From an uncultured virus (IMG/VR IMGVR_UViG_3300032327_000191) (lineage: Duplodnaviria > Heunggongvirae > Uroviricota > Caudoviricetes), in IMG/VR virus record IMGVR_UViG_3300032327_000191: a stretch of DNA of 64,000 bases. One strand, 5' to 3'. Position 1 is the stretch's first letter, and every line of letters begins with the position of its first letter. The translations under genes were made by a program, and so were the position numbers. Shown here piece after piece: positions 56,700 through 64,000 of the stretch. The notes under the pieces are model-generated. The model was not told the origin of the DNA. It searched no databases and saw only the letters and a program-made list of their open reading frames with translations.

Positions 56700-56887
56700 T
56701 ACTTGTATCCACCGCCAGCTTTCTTGTACTCCAAAGCCAGCAGTTGAGCTTTACGGGCAGACCACTCTCCGGGGTCTCCGCCCTTGGTTCCTGCTTTAAT
56801 CTGCTTAAACAGACGTTCTCGAAGAGCGGGCTTGGTGTAATTACCTGCCTCATTTACACGAGACTTGGTCTTCTTTTTCTCAGCCAT
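56699..56887 (-). CDS. Basic protein, DUF5872-like N-half (YTKP.LR...GG.PG.WSARKAQ...YK..GGGY)
   Basis: Motif recognition; coupled. Confidence 0.8.
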   Translation of the reverse strand: MAEKKKTKSRVNEAGNYTKPALRERLFKQIKAGTKGGDPGEWSARKAQLLALEYKKAGGGYK

Positions 56888-57103
56888 TTACTTAACCTTC
56901 GGATGTTCTTTGTGAAACTTCTTGGTGTCTTTGACACCCTGATTCACAGTCTTAGCTCCAGACAACTTTGTCAGGTTCATTTGTTCTTTTTTACCGGACT
57001 TGCTGTTTTGGGTAACAATAATGTCGCCTTTATTTCCGACACCTTTGTCTGTCGTTTTCTTAGTCACGGTGTGCTTCCTGCCACCAGCAGTTATCTTTGT
57101 CAT
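56888..57103 (-). CDS. Lys/Thr-rich basic microprotein
   Basis: Abuts both neighbours. Confidence 0.7.
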   Translation of the reverse strand: MTKITAGGRKHTVTKKTTDKGVGNKGDIIVTQNSKSGKKEQMNLTKLSGAKTVNQGVKDTKKFHKEHPKVK

Positions 57104-57145
57104 TTACTTCTTGCCTTTACCGCAAGTGCAATTTCCACCACACAT
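57104..57145 (-). CDS. 13-aa peptide MCGGNCTCGKGKK
   Basis: TAATG overlap upstream; TAA directly followed by next ATG. Confidence 0.55.
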   Translation of the reverse strand: MCGGNCTCGKGKK

Positions 57146-57438
57146 TATTTTTTATGCGCCTTTCCGCGTCGTTCATCTTCTTTAGCTACATTCTTACTAT
57201 GAGACATGGCTTGAAGGTTGCTAAGTGTGTCGTGACCTTTACGACCACCATTATCCTTGTGGTCTACGTCTGTGTCTCGACTAAGGTGAGTGTGGTGCGC
57301 GTCCTCGTAATCCACACGGGCTTTGTTGTGTGATGTGGTTACCCATTTACCGCCTACCTTTTTCTTGTAGACGTAGATAGGGCGACCACCGTTTTCTTTA
57401 GACCCCTTGTAGGGACCGAACTTCTTCCATTCAGCCAT
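57145..57438 (-). CDS. Basic HNH-motif protein
   Basis: DVDHKDN....D..SNL.......N. Confidence 0.75.
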   Translation of the reverse strand: MAEWKKFGPYKGSKENGGRPIYVYKKKVGGKWVTTSHNKARVDYEDAHHTHLSRDTDVDHKDNGGRKGHDTLSNLQAMSHSKNVAKEDERRGKAHKK

Positions 57439-57560
57439 TACTTTTTCTCTGCTTTCTCTGGAAGGTCCTCTGGGTGCTCGGTTTTATCTGCCCACTCCTG
57501 AGCCATCTCAGGGTGATTGGCAAACATAAAGCGCATTTGAGCGAGTGACTTGAACGGCAT
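57438..57560 (-). CDS. 40-aa protein MPFKS.AQ.RFM.A..PE.A.EW
   Basis: Read manually; coupled; motif recognised from other phages. Confidence 0.7.
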   Translation of the reverse strand: MPFKSLAQMRFMFANHPEMAQEWADKTEHPEDLPEKAEKK

Positions 57561-57561
57561 T

Positions 57562-57954
57562 TTAGTTTTGCGCCATAATCACCCAGTTAGTTCCGTTACT
57601 AACTAGGAGTGTCCATTTACCGGCTGTGTTAGCAGAGAAAAGAGTTGCAGCAGCAGTGTTAGTTGCGAGTGGGACCACGTTGGAAGAAGCTGAGGTCACT
57701 GCACCTGTATTGATTGTTTTAAAATTTAGAGTGCGACCGGGGTACGCTGAAGCAGTCGGAAGTGTAACTGAGATGCTTGAAGCAGAGTTAAAGATAACGA
57801 ACACGCTGGTTTCTGGAACAGTAAACGGAGAAGTTGTAACTGGCGTAGTGACATTAGCTACAGCCAAAGCAGTGTTTTTGTTCAAATAGTCAAGCGCGGT
57901 GTTTAGGGTGTCCCCCCAATTAGACTGACCGACGATAGGTTTTACAAGTGCCAT
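57562..57954 (-). CDS. Virion structural protein (head fiber/decoration-like)
   Basis: WG..LN; TLP.A; S.GTNW. Confidence 0.7.
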   Translation of the reverse strand: MALVKPIVGQSNWGDTLNTALDYLNKNTALAVANVTTPVTTSPFTVPETSVFVIFNSASSISVTLPTASAYPGRTLNFKTINTGAVTSASSNVVPLATNTAAATLFSANTAGKWTLLVSNGTNWVIMAQN

Positions 57955-57956
57955 TA

Positions 57957-58574
57957 TTACTCTCCATATTTTCCAGAGCCGTAGTCACCGGCTCCATAGA
58001 TTACTAAACGAGGCTCTTCTTTAACTGGAAGAGCAAACGTAGAGAACTGCGGGTCATTGACAAGTTCTTCAGGATTAACTTGGTTGCAGTCGATGGTTAC
58101 TACCGCGTAGTTGTTGGCGAAGATACCGCGAGGAAGAACTCGGGTAGGAACAAAGACCTCACCCCGGTACACAATGCGGTCTTTGATGTGGTCGCTAGGA
58201 TTTGCAAGCACGTCTGGAATAAGGCGTTGAATCTCTCCAACGTTGACCACGAGTCGCAACGTATCTGATACGTAGTAACCGCGCTCGTTCATTACGTTTG
58301 TGGAACGCATGAGTTGAGCCATAATTACGGGAAGCTTAAAGGGCTTAGTCCAACGACGACCCTTCTTAACTCCTGCATCAGTAACCCCCGAGTTAGACAC
58401 GTCATAGATGTCGTCTACAACGAGAGAGTAATTTTCCTCAAGGTACACCTCAGACCACTGCCACCAGTCAACCTCTTGACCAACAGTTTGACCGAGTTCT
58501 TCGGCAATGCCTTCATACATTGACTTTGATTCATAGTCAATGTTGAACCGACCCTGTACTAACTGACCTCTCAT
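57957..58574 (-). CDS. Head closure/adaptor protein
   Basis: Position; DRI.Y.G.VF motif. Confidence 0.6.
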   Translation of the reverse strand: MRGQLVQGRFNIDYESKSMYEGIAEELGQTVGQEVDWWQWSEVYLEENYSLVVDDIYDVSNSGVTDAGVKKGRRWTKPFKLPVIMAQLMRSTNVMNERGYYVSDTLRLVVNVGEIQRLIPDVLANPSDHIKDRIVYRGEVFVPTRVLPRGIFANNYAVVTIDCNQVNPEELVNDPQFSTFALPVKEEPRLVIYGAGDYGSGKYGE

Positions 58575-58582
58575 GGCATCTC

Positions 58583-60169
58583 CTAGTTAAATGACGTCCA
58601 CGCGCCAGCGGTGTACTTCTGTGAAGAAGTGATGTTTACCCAACCGGGGTTTCCGGTGCCATCGTCGGCAGCGTAGCGCTTTCCTGTAAGAATGGTTGCC
58701 CACCCACCGGCTGTGCCGCCTGAGCCGTACGTACCGGAGGTAGTTGCAGGGGTTGTGGTTCCCAGCGTAAAGCTATCGGTAGTTATTGCAGTTACGGTAC
58801 CTGAAGCATTAAGGGTAGAAGGAGTAATTCCAGTTACGGCAACGGGGTCCCCAACAGAGAACCCGTGAGCGGTACACGTGTATGTGGTGGTGTTGCCCAC
58901 AGCCGTTACCCCAGAGACCGTTTTAGTCTGATACCGCTTACCGTAAGCAGAGATAAAGATACTTGCTGTACCACCTGTAGACAAGTTGTACTGGTATGGA
59001 GAGATTACTGGAATAGCGTTTATAGCATACGCACGGAAGTAGTAGGTTTTACCGGCAGGAAGACCGGTAAAAGTTGTAGACCCTCCAGAAGCTCCAGAAA
59101 TAGACTGCCCACCTACCCACGTGGATTGGTCTGTGCTGTACTGCACTGTGTGGGAAGTAACGGCAGAACCACCGTTACTTGACGCGGGAGCGACAGTTAC
59201 AGTAGCTGATGTGCCGTTTTTAGTCACGGATGTAATAGAAGGAGCAGCATACGCAATCCCGTTGCCGGACCACGCCCCAAATTCTTCAGAGTTAGCTGCT
59301 GCTGTTTGAAAGTAGTAGACCTGAGTACCAGATACCGTTATGGGAGAAGTTGGTCCAAAGTTTTGGGTGCGCCCGGTGCCCATTCCAGTAACCTCGGTCC
59401 ACGAACCTGTGCCTGTTGTGTTGTATCGGTACTTGTAATCAGTGATTGGTGGAGGAAGTACGTTTACAGTACCCCCAGAAGTGTACGTAGTAGACGAACT
59501 GAGTGAACTTGCTACGGTTATTGTATACGTAGTTCTTGCCGTAATTGTTGCAGCAGTAATATTGAATGAGCTTGGGGTAATGCCCGTGACTGTAATTCTT
59601 CCCCCAACAGCAGCATTGTTGTACACACTGTACACAATTTGAGAGCCATTAGCAGTGGCTCCTGTAATAGGTGAGCTTCCTGTTGCCTCAGCGGCAATGG
59701 CAGAAGTTACAGTTATTGTAGTTCCTGTATTAGGTCTCGATATTGAGGGCGCAGCAGGAGCTTGAGGTTTTCTAGAGAAGTCTGTGGTAGCTTGAGTTCC
59801 GGTACCTGTCGTCGAACTACCCAGAGGGCTTGCTGCTACGGTGCTAATTGACAGGTCAACTGAACCAGTCCCATCTGATGCGTGAGGGAAGATAATTTGT
59901 CCACTGTCAAGCGCGTATGTTTGCCCAGCCGTAGCACCTCTAAAGTCATAGTTGTAGTATTTTGTACCAAAAGAGATTCCACCGATAGAGCCGGTCCAAT
60001 AAGACGAGCCACTAAAGTCATAGGGTTTTAACCCAGAACCGTAGTACAAATAAACGGACCAATTAATTGCGGATGTATTGTCCGCTGAATTTGTAGACGC
60101 CTCGCTGGTAGCAAGTACGATACTGATTCCAGAATAACTACCACTAAAGTTACCGGATGCCGAAGCCAT
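58583..60169 (-). CDS. Structural protein with DUF859-like N-terminus, FN3 domains and beta-sandwich inserts
   Basis: N.S...W; H..DG.G; TGL..G.TYYFR..A.N. Confidence 0.75.
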   Translation of the reverse strand: MASASGNFSGSYSGISIVLATSEASTNSADNTSAINWSVYLYYGSGLKPYDFSGSSYWTGSIGGISFGTKYYNYDFRGATAGQTYALDSGQIIFPHASDGTGSVDLSISTVAASPLGSSTTGTGTQATTDFSRKPQAPAAPSISRPNTGTTITVTSAIAAEATGSSPITGATANGSQIVYSVYNNAAVGGRITVTGITPSSFNITAATITARTTYTITVASSLSSSTTYTSGGTVNVLPPPITDYKYRYNTTGTGSWTEVTGMGTGRTQNFGPTSPITVSGTQVYYFQTAAANSEEFGAWSGNGIAYAAPSITSVTKNGTSATVTVAPASSNGGSAVTSHTVQYSTDQSTWVGGQSISGASGGSTTFTGLPAGKTYYFRAYAINAIPVISPYQYNLSTGGTASIFISAYGKRYQTKTVSGVTAVGNTTTYTCTAHGFSVGDPVAVTGITPSTLNASGTVTAITTDSFTLGTTTPATTSGTYGSGGTAGGWATILTGKRYAADDGTGNPGWVNITSSQKYTAGAWTSFN

Positions 60170-60174
60170 CTACA

Positions 60175-61179
60175 TCACCAGAACCAAAGGTCGCCCAACG
60201 TGGCGACGTACCCACTCGGGTTGCCTGTCGCGGGTTGAGTTGACTGCACAAAAATCCGAAGAACTGAGCGGGCTTTGGCGGTATCAGTAGCCCCAATCAC
60301 AGAGTTAGAGAGCGCCACTCCAAGACCTCCATTAGTGGGCTGAAGATAGCTGACAACATCCACATTGTTAGCCCCAAGATTAATGCTCCCAGCCATTAAC
60401 TGCCCGCCAGTGTCTAGCTTGGCGATAGAACCGCTATCACTACCAAAGTTAGAGAAGGTAACATCTCCCGCAACGGTCATGTTACCTGCCGTTGTAACAG
60501 AAAATCCGGTAGCACCAACTTTGAGGGTCCCCGTCATGTACGCGTTAGGAGAGCCTTGAACAGTTCCGTCAGCTTTAAGGAAGCTGTTTGTAACTGTAGT
60601 CAAAGCAAGTGTTCCAGCAGTACTTGGCAAATTTAGGGATAGGTCTCCCGAAGCTACGGGTGCAACAACAGACGTTTTGTACGAACCGCTGGCTTGGACA
60701 ATCCTTACCCCGCCACCGGAAATAAACGTAGGAGTTGTAATATCGGGGCTACCACTAAACACTAGGTTTCCAGCAGAACCAGTGGCGTCAGTAACTACGC
60801 CCAAAAGCTGGGAAGAAGTAGTGGTTGCAAAATAAGTTGTGCTTAGCGTGGGCGACACCCAAGCAGGGGAGCCTGTGCCACTTGTTCCGGATACCAAGAC
60901 TTTGTTGGCAGCACTAGCAGCAGCGGTAAATGAAGTTGTGTTTGCGGCTGTCTGATACGGCATCTGACCAGCAGCGCCCCCGGATATGCTGGTAGCACGG
61001 TCTGCTTGATTGACAGCGACGTCAATAGAACTTGACCATACAGTGCCGTTTGTTCCACCAAACTTTAATTTACCGGTGGTTGTATCAATTCCGATTTCAC
61101 CCTCAGCAAGGTTCTTCGTACCGGTAGTCCAGTTTGAAGTGGTGTCACGACGAAGTTTGATTGTAGTGTTTACGGGCAT
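60175..61179 (-). CDS. Fiber protein with Mtd-N-like N-terminus
   Basis: I.LRRDT..NW....L..GE.G.DT..GK.K.G; GDLWF end. Confidence 0.75.
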   Translation of the reverse strand: MPVNTTIKLRRDTTSNWTTGTKNLAEGEIGIDTTTGKLKFGGTNGTVWSSSIDVAVNQADRATSISGGAAGQMPYQTAANTTSFTAAASAANKVLVSGTSGTGSPAWVSPTLSTTYFATTTSSQLLGVVTDATGSAGNLVFSGSPDITTPTFISGGGVRIVQASGSYKTSVVAPVASGDLSLNLPSTAGTLALTTVTNSFLKADGTVQGSPNAYMTGTLKVGATGFSVTTAGNMTVAGDVTFSNFGSDSGSIAKLDTGGQLMAGSINLGANNVDVVSYLQPTNGGLGVALSNSVIGATDTAKARSVLRIFVQSTQPATGNPSGYVATLGDLWFW

Positions 61180-61185
61180 GAATAA

Positions 61186-61217
61186 CTCCTAAGTCTTATT
61201 TCTATTTTGACGGATTA
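61186..61217 (-). promoter_or_regulatory. Candidate late promoter/leader motif, copy B
   Basis: TAATCCGTCAAAATAGAAATAAGACTTAGGAG, matches 39731-39765. Confidence 0.55.
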
Positions 61218-61226
61218 GCTTCTGAG

Positions 61227-61349
61227 TTATGGGCTAACCGCAGGGGCAGTGAGGTACGCATACACGCCGTCCTCCGCAAGAATTACTTGGTCCCCGTTGT
61301 ACTCTGGATGTACGTCAAGTAGATTGACGTCTTTTTCAGGGTAAATCAA
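61227..61349 (-). CDS. Small hypothetical protein
   Basis: Read manually; TTGA overlap; GAGG RBS. Confidence 0.4.
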   Translation of the reverse strand: MIYPEKDVNLLDVHPEYNGDQVILAEDGVYAYLTAPAVSP

Positions 61350-62698
61350 AGAACAACCTCGCTTGCACGCACTGTGAACAAGTCACCTTCTACGATGGCA
61401 AGTTCCTCACCAGTAAAGCTGTTGATTCCAGTTATCTTCCACCACGTGCGGTTTGCCAACTTCATGGTCTCGTCTGAAGTAAGGCTAATTGCTGCCACGT
61501 ACGTCTGAGACACATTGTGCTCTGCATCGCCGGTAAGTCCAGTAAGAGCTAGAGCGGTAGTTGCTGTTCCCATGACAGAGAACGTGTTGCTTGTTACAGG
61601 AGCCACAACCACATACGTCCCGTCCACAGCACTGTTTGCAGAAGTGATTACTACGGAATCTCCAACAACAAAATCGTGAGTTGCTGCGGGGCTGGGGTTT
61701 ACCGTGACTGTTATCTTGGCATTTCCCGAAGTACGAGAAAGACCAGTAACTACCCATGAGTTTTTGGAAGAATTAACCTGAAGTGCAAAGTCCTCAATAA
61801 CTTGCACGCTACCACGTTGCTGGTAGAGCTTAGCGACAAACGAATTTCCTGCCCAATTTCCTGTATAAGAAATATTAGCTAAGAACTTACGCCCTTGATA
61901 CGCAGTCAAATCGGCTGCCTCAGTCGGGAACGCAGGACGCTGGTCTCCGTACGTGGGTTCTGGCAAGTACACTCGCTGGGGGAATGAGCGGTCATCAACT
62001 TCCATGGGCTTGTACACCGGTACGTAACGGTTAGTAGCCTTAGAAATTCGACGCAGAGTAAACACGTCGATGGAGTACATACCGATTCCCAGTTGAACAC
62101 AGAGGTCCTTGTACTGGGATTGACGGGCGTTAATCATGTCCATCAACTGGCGGTAACGTTCAGAACGCGGGATGCTCACGCCGTCTGGGGCAGCAATGTC
62201 GATGTCAAACGCGGCGTCCGTAGCCAGCGTGTACAGAGCCAACGTGGTCGCGTATACAGCGACGGGGTACTCCTCAATTACCGGAAGATTACTAACGGTA
62301 ATTTTACGACCAAGAGAGTCGGTGTGCCGAGCACCGTGCTCACCAATAGCGGTGGTTACAAGGCTTGACAACTCGGTCCCTGTAAAGTACCGAAAGTACG
62401 TTCCGCTAACAAGGAACTCCACACCCGCGTTAGGGACATCTGAGCCGGAGTTTACTAGGGTTGGGAAAAGTGCGTTAGTGAGGGTTACTACCAACACCCC
62501 TGTGGACTCTTCAACGTGAGAGTAATCCGTCACGTCAAACCCACCTGCATTGACAATAACAGTGGTCGCATCTAGAGGGGCGTAGTGCAAACGGAAACGG
62601 TTGGTGGTACCGTCAGCAGTAAACTGCGTAACAAATGACTTGCCAATATCCCCGAGTTCGACTCGGACTTTGGCAACCAAACTATTGATGTCAGCCAC
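61346..62698 (-). CDS. Head-tail connector/adaptor with extra domains
   Basis: VR.ELGD; Y.YF...EL; DGV.IPRS.RY.QL. Confidence 0.7.
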   Translation of the reverse strand: MADINSLVAKVRVELGDIGKSFVTQFTADGTTNRFRLHYAPLDATTVIVNAGGFDVTDYSHVEESTGVLVVTLTNALFPTLVNSGSDVPNAGVEFLVSGTYFRYFTGTELSSLVTTAIGEHGARHTDSLGRKITVSNLPVIEEYPVAVYATTLALYTLATDAAFDIDIAAPDGVSIPRSERYRQLMDMINARQSQYKDLCVQLGIGMYSIDVFTLRRISKATNRYVPVYKPMEVDDRSFPQRVYLPEPTYGDQRPAFPTEAADLTAYQGRKFLANISYTGNWAGNSFVAKLYQQRGSVQVIEDFALQVNSSKNSWVVTGLSRTSGNAKITVTVNPSPAATHDFVVGDSVVITSANSAVDGTYVVVAPVTSNTFSVMGTATTALALTGLTGDAEHNVSQTYVAAISLTSDETMKLANRTWWKITGINSFTGEELAIVEGDLFTVRASEVVL

Positions 62699-62763
62699 AA
62701 TATCTCCGTAATCCTTCTCTATCTATGTTCCCTGAAATTGAAGGATAATACAGGGCAAATAAA

Positions 62764-62802
62764 TCCGCCCTACAGGAAGGTGGGCATAACCTGTAGGTCG
62801 GA
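62764..62802 (-). terminator. Intrinsic terminator
   Basis: TCCG.CCTACAGG...CCTGTAGG.CGGA followed by TTTATTT. Confidence 0.65.
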
Positions 62803-62817
62803 ATAGTGTTTTAGGAG

Positions 62818-63192
62818 TTAGGCTCCGGGGGTCCAAACGTACCCGAGACGCTCTAGATAAGCTGCCAACTCTCGTGGGACAAGGTACTTCTGACCTTGTC
62901 GGAAACTGTAAGTGTTCCCCACACCAAAGGTCATGTCTTCGATGTCAGTGATGGTGCGGATAACCACGTTGTCGTTACGGGTATCAACCCCGACGTTCTC
63001 AATCTCGTCGATGAGGATAGGTTCATCCGGCTTCTTTGGGTCGAACACGTCGTTTGCAAGGCTGATTTCATCTGCCTGACGGCTGAGCGCAATTTCATCG
63101 GCTCGTTCCTTCAACGCCTTTGCGTTCTGCTTTGCTGCTTTTTCAGCAGCAGCTCCCGTTGCATCCAACGGGCTAGTGGGTAGATTTGCCAC
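62818..63192 (-). CDS. Capsid-adjacent conserved protein
   Basis: AAGGAG RBS; F..GQKY.VP..LA..L...GYV. Confidence 0.7.
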   Translation of the reverse strand: MANLPTSPLDATGAAAEKAAKQNAKALKERADEIALSRQADEISLANDVFDPKKPDEPILIDEIENVGVDTRNDNVVIRTITDIEDMTFGVGNTYSFRQGQKYLVPRELAAYLERLGYVWTPGA

Positions 63193-63223
63193 GATTTCAT
63201 TTCTCCTTGTGTTTTATTTGAAT

Positions 63224-63249
63224 GGGGGGAGAGCCGAAGCCCTCCCCCC
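63224..63249 (-). terminator. UUCG-capped hairpin after the capsid gene
   Basis: GGGGGGAGGGC-TTCG-GCTCTCCCCCC. Confidence 0.7.
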
Positions 63250-63263
63250 GAGGTTGTCAGGTA

Positions 63264-64000
63264 CTAGTTCGAGTAGACCTTGACGATTGCTTGGTCAGTG
63301 ATGACACCGAGACCCCAGATGGAGTACCATGCGAGAGCGTGCTCACGACCGAAGTCGAGAACGCCACCGTCGCGCAGTTCAACCGGGAGGCTGATGGCGT
63401 GACCAAATGCGTTGTCACCAATCATGATGGACTCGTAGACATCAGCCGTCAGAGTCGTCGTGTCGGTGGGGTAGGCAGCCGTCGAACCAGCGTCGGAAGC
63501 CTCAGGGTTTCCACCACCACCGGGGTAGGTGTTAGCCTTGACCGGAACCGAGCCAGCGTTAGCGGGAGCACCAACCTGCGAGGTGTAGTTCGTAACCGTC
63601 GCGCCGCTAGCGAACTTGTTCACCTGCGTGGTCTCGATGAACACGACGTCGTAGAGACGACCGATTTCACCGAGCATGAAGTTACCCGGAGCAGCGTACT
63701 TCGTAACTTCGATGAACTCAGGGTTCGAGCGAAGGTCACGCGACTGCTTGGGGTGGATGAACTGCACGTAGGTCTCACCAATGCGAGGGATGTTCTTCTG
63801 CGCAAGCGTAAGCGCAGCATCCTTGATGGCACCCGTGGTGAGCTTGTACTTACCAGCGTTCGTACCCGAACCAACGGAAGTGTTCGAACCCGACACTGCG
63901 GTAGCGGCGGTACCTTCCTGATACAGGTTGAAGTTGGTAGCACCGTCGTACGCCGAGCGGTCGTAACCGAAGACAGCCGAGGTAGCAGCACCGAGGGTGT
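63264..64000 (-). CDS. Major capsid protein (N4 gp56-like), 5' end outside window
   Basis: Y..FIHP.Q..DL; GEIG....V.FIET; DFGR...LAWY..WG. Confidence 0.92.
   Translation of the reverse strand, partial: TLGAATSAVFGYDRSAYDGATNFNLYQEGTAATAVSGSNTSVGSGTNAGKYKLTTGAIKDAALTLAQKNIPRIGETYVQFIHPKQSRDLRSNPEFIEVTKYAAPGNFMLGEIGRLYDVVFIETTQVNKFASGATVTNYTSQVGAPANAGSVPVKANTYPGGGGNPEASDAGSTAAYPTDTTTLTADVYESIMIGDNAFGHAISLPVELRDGGVLDFGREHALAWYSIWGLGVITDQAIVKVYSN

Larger units (their letters stand above)
1..64000. mobile_element. Segment of a large myovirus-like actinobacteriophage genome
   Basis: Capsid, sheath, tube, baseplate and tape measure genes; complete replication module; two WhiB genes; no host housekeeping operons. 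Confidence 0.95.

Noticed and set aside
60175..61179. Diversity-generating retroelement suggested by the Mtd-like N-terminus
   Set aside because: No reverse transcriptase or TR/VR repeat pair seen in the window
1..64000. Stop-codon reassignment, inteins, introns, tRNAs
   Set aside because: Genes tile well under code 11 with all three stops used; PolA, DnaB and RecA have ordinary lengths; no cloverleaf spotted by eye (tRNAscan-SE would settle it)

Overview
The window is a 64-kb internal segment of a large tailed dsDNA phage with a contractile tail. Two WhiB genes point to an actinobacterial host, and GC is roughly 50% by eye. Layout: (1) 1-8456, + strand: tightly packed small early-type genes with paralogue families, an HNH endonuclease, WhiB, an HTH protein and a membrane-anchored M23 peptidase. 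(2) 8501-19.6 kb, - strand: a candidate nucleic-acid modification module (TGT/DpdA-like barrel, ParB-like domain, HAD-like protein, Pol-beta nucleotidyltransferase), many small low-complexity or zinc-binding genes, an HhH glycosylase-like gene and SpoVS. (3) 19.7-36.8 kb: recombination and replication genes (RuvC, Cas4-like exonuclease, second WhiB, Hjc-like resolvase, RecA, PolA, SSB, SNF2 helicase, primase, DnaB, DnaC-like loader), plus an HTH initiator containing four 33-bp-phased iterons, the probable origin. (4) 36.8-64 kb: baseplate, tail and head genes, a GT2 glycosyltransferase, a collagen-fused spike, a coupled operon of ten tiny and mostly Lys-rich proteins, a structured RNA leader and the 3' part of the major capsid gene. 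No tRNA, rRNA, CRISPR array or integrase was seen. All family assignments come from motif recognition by eye; no database search was run.
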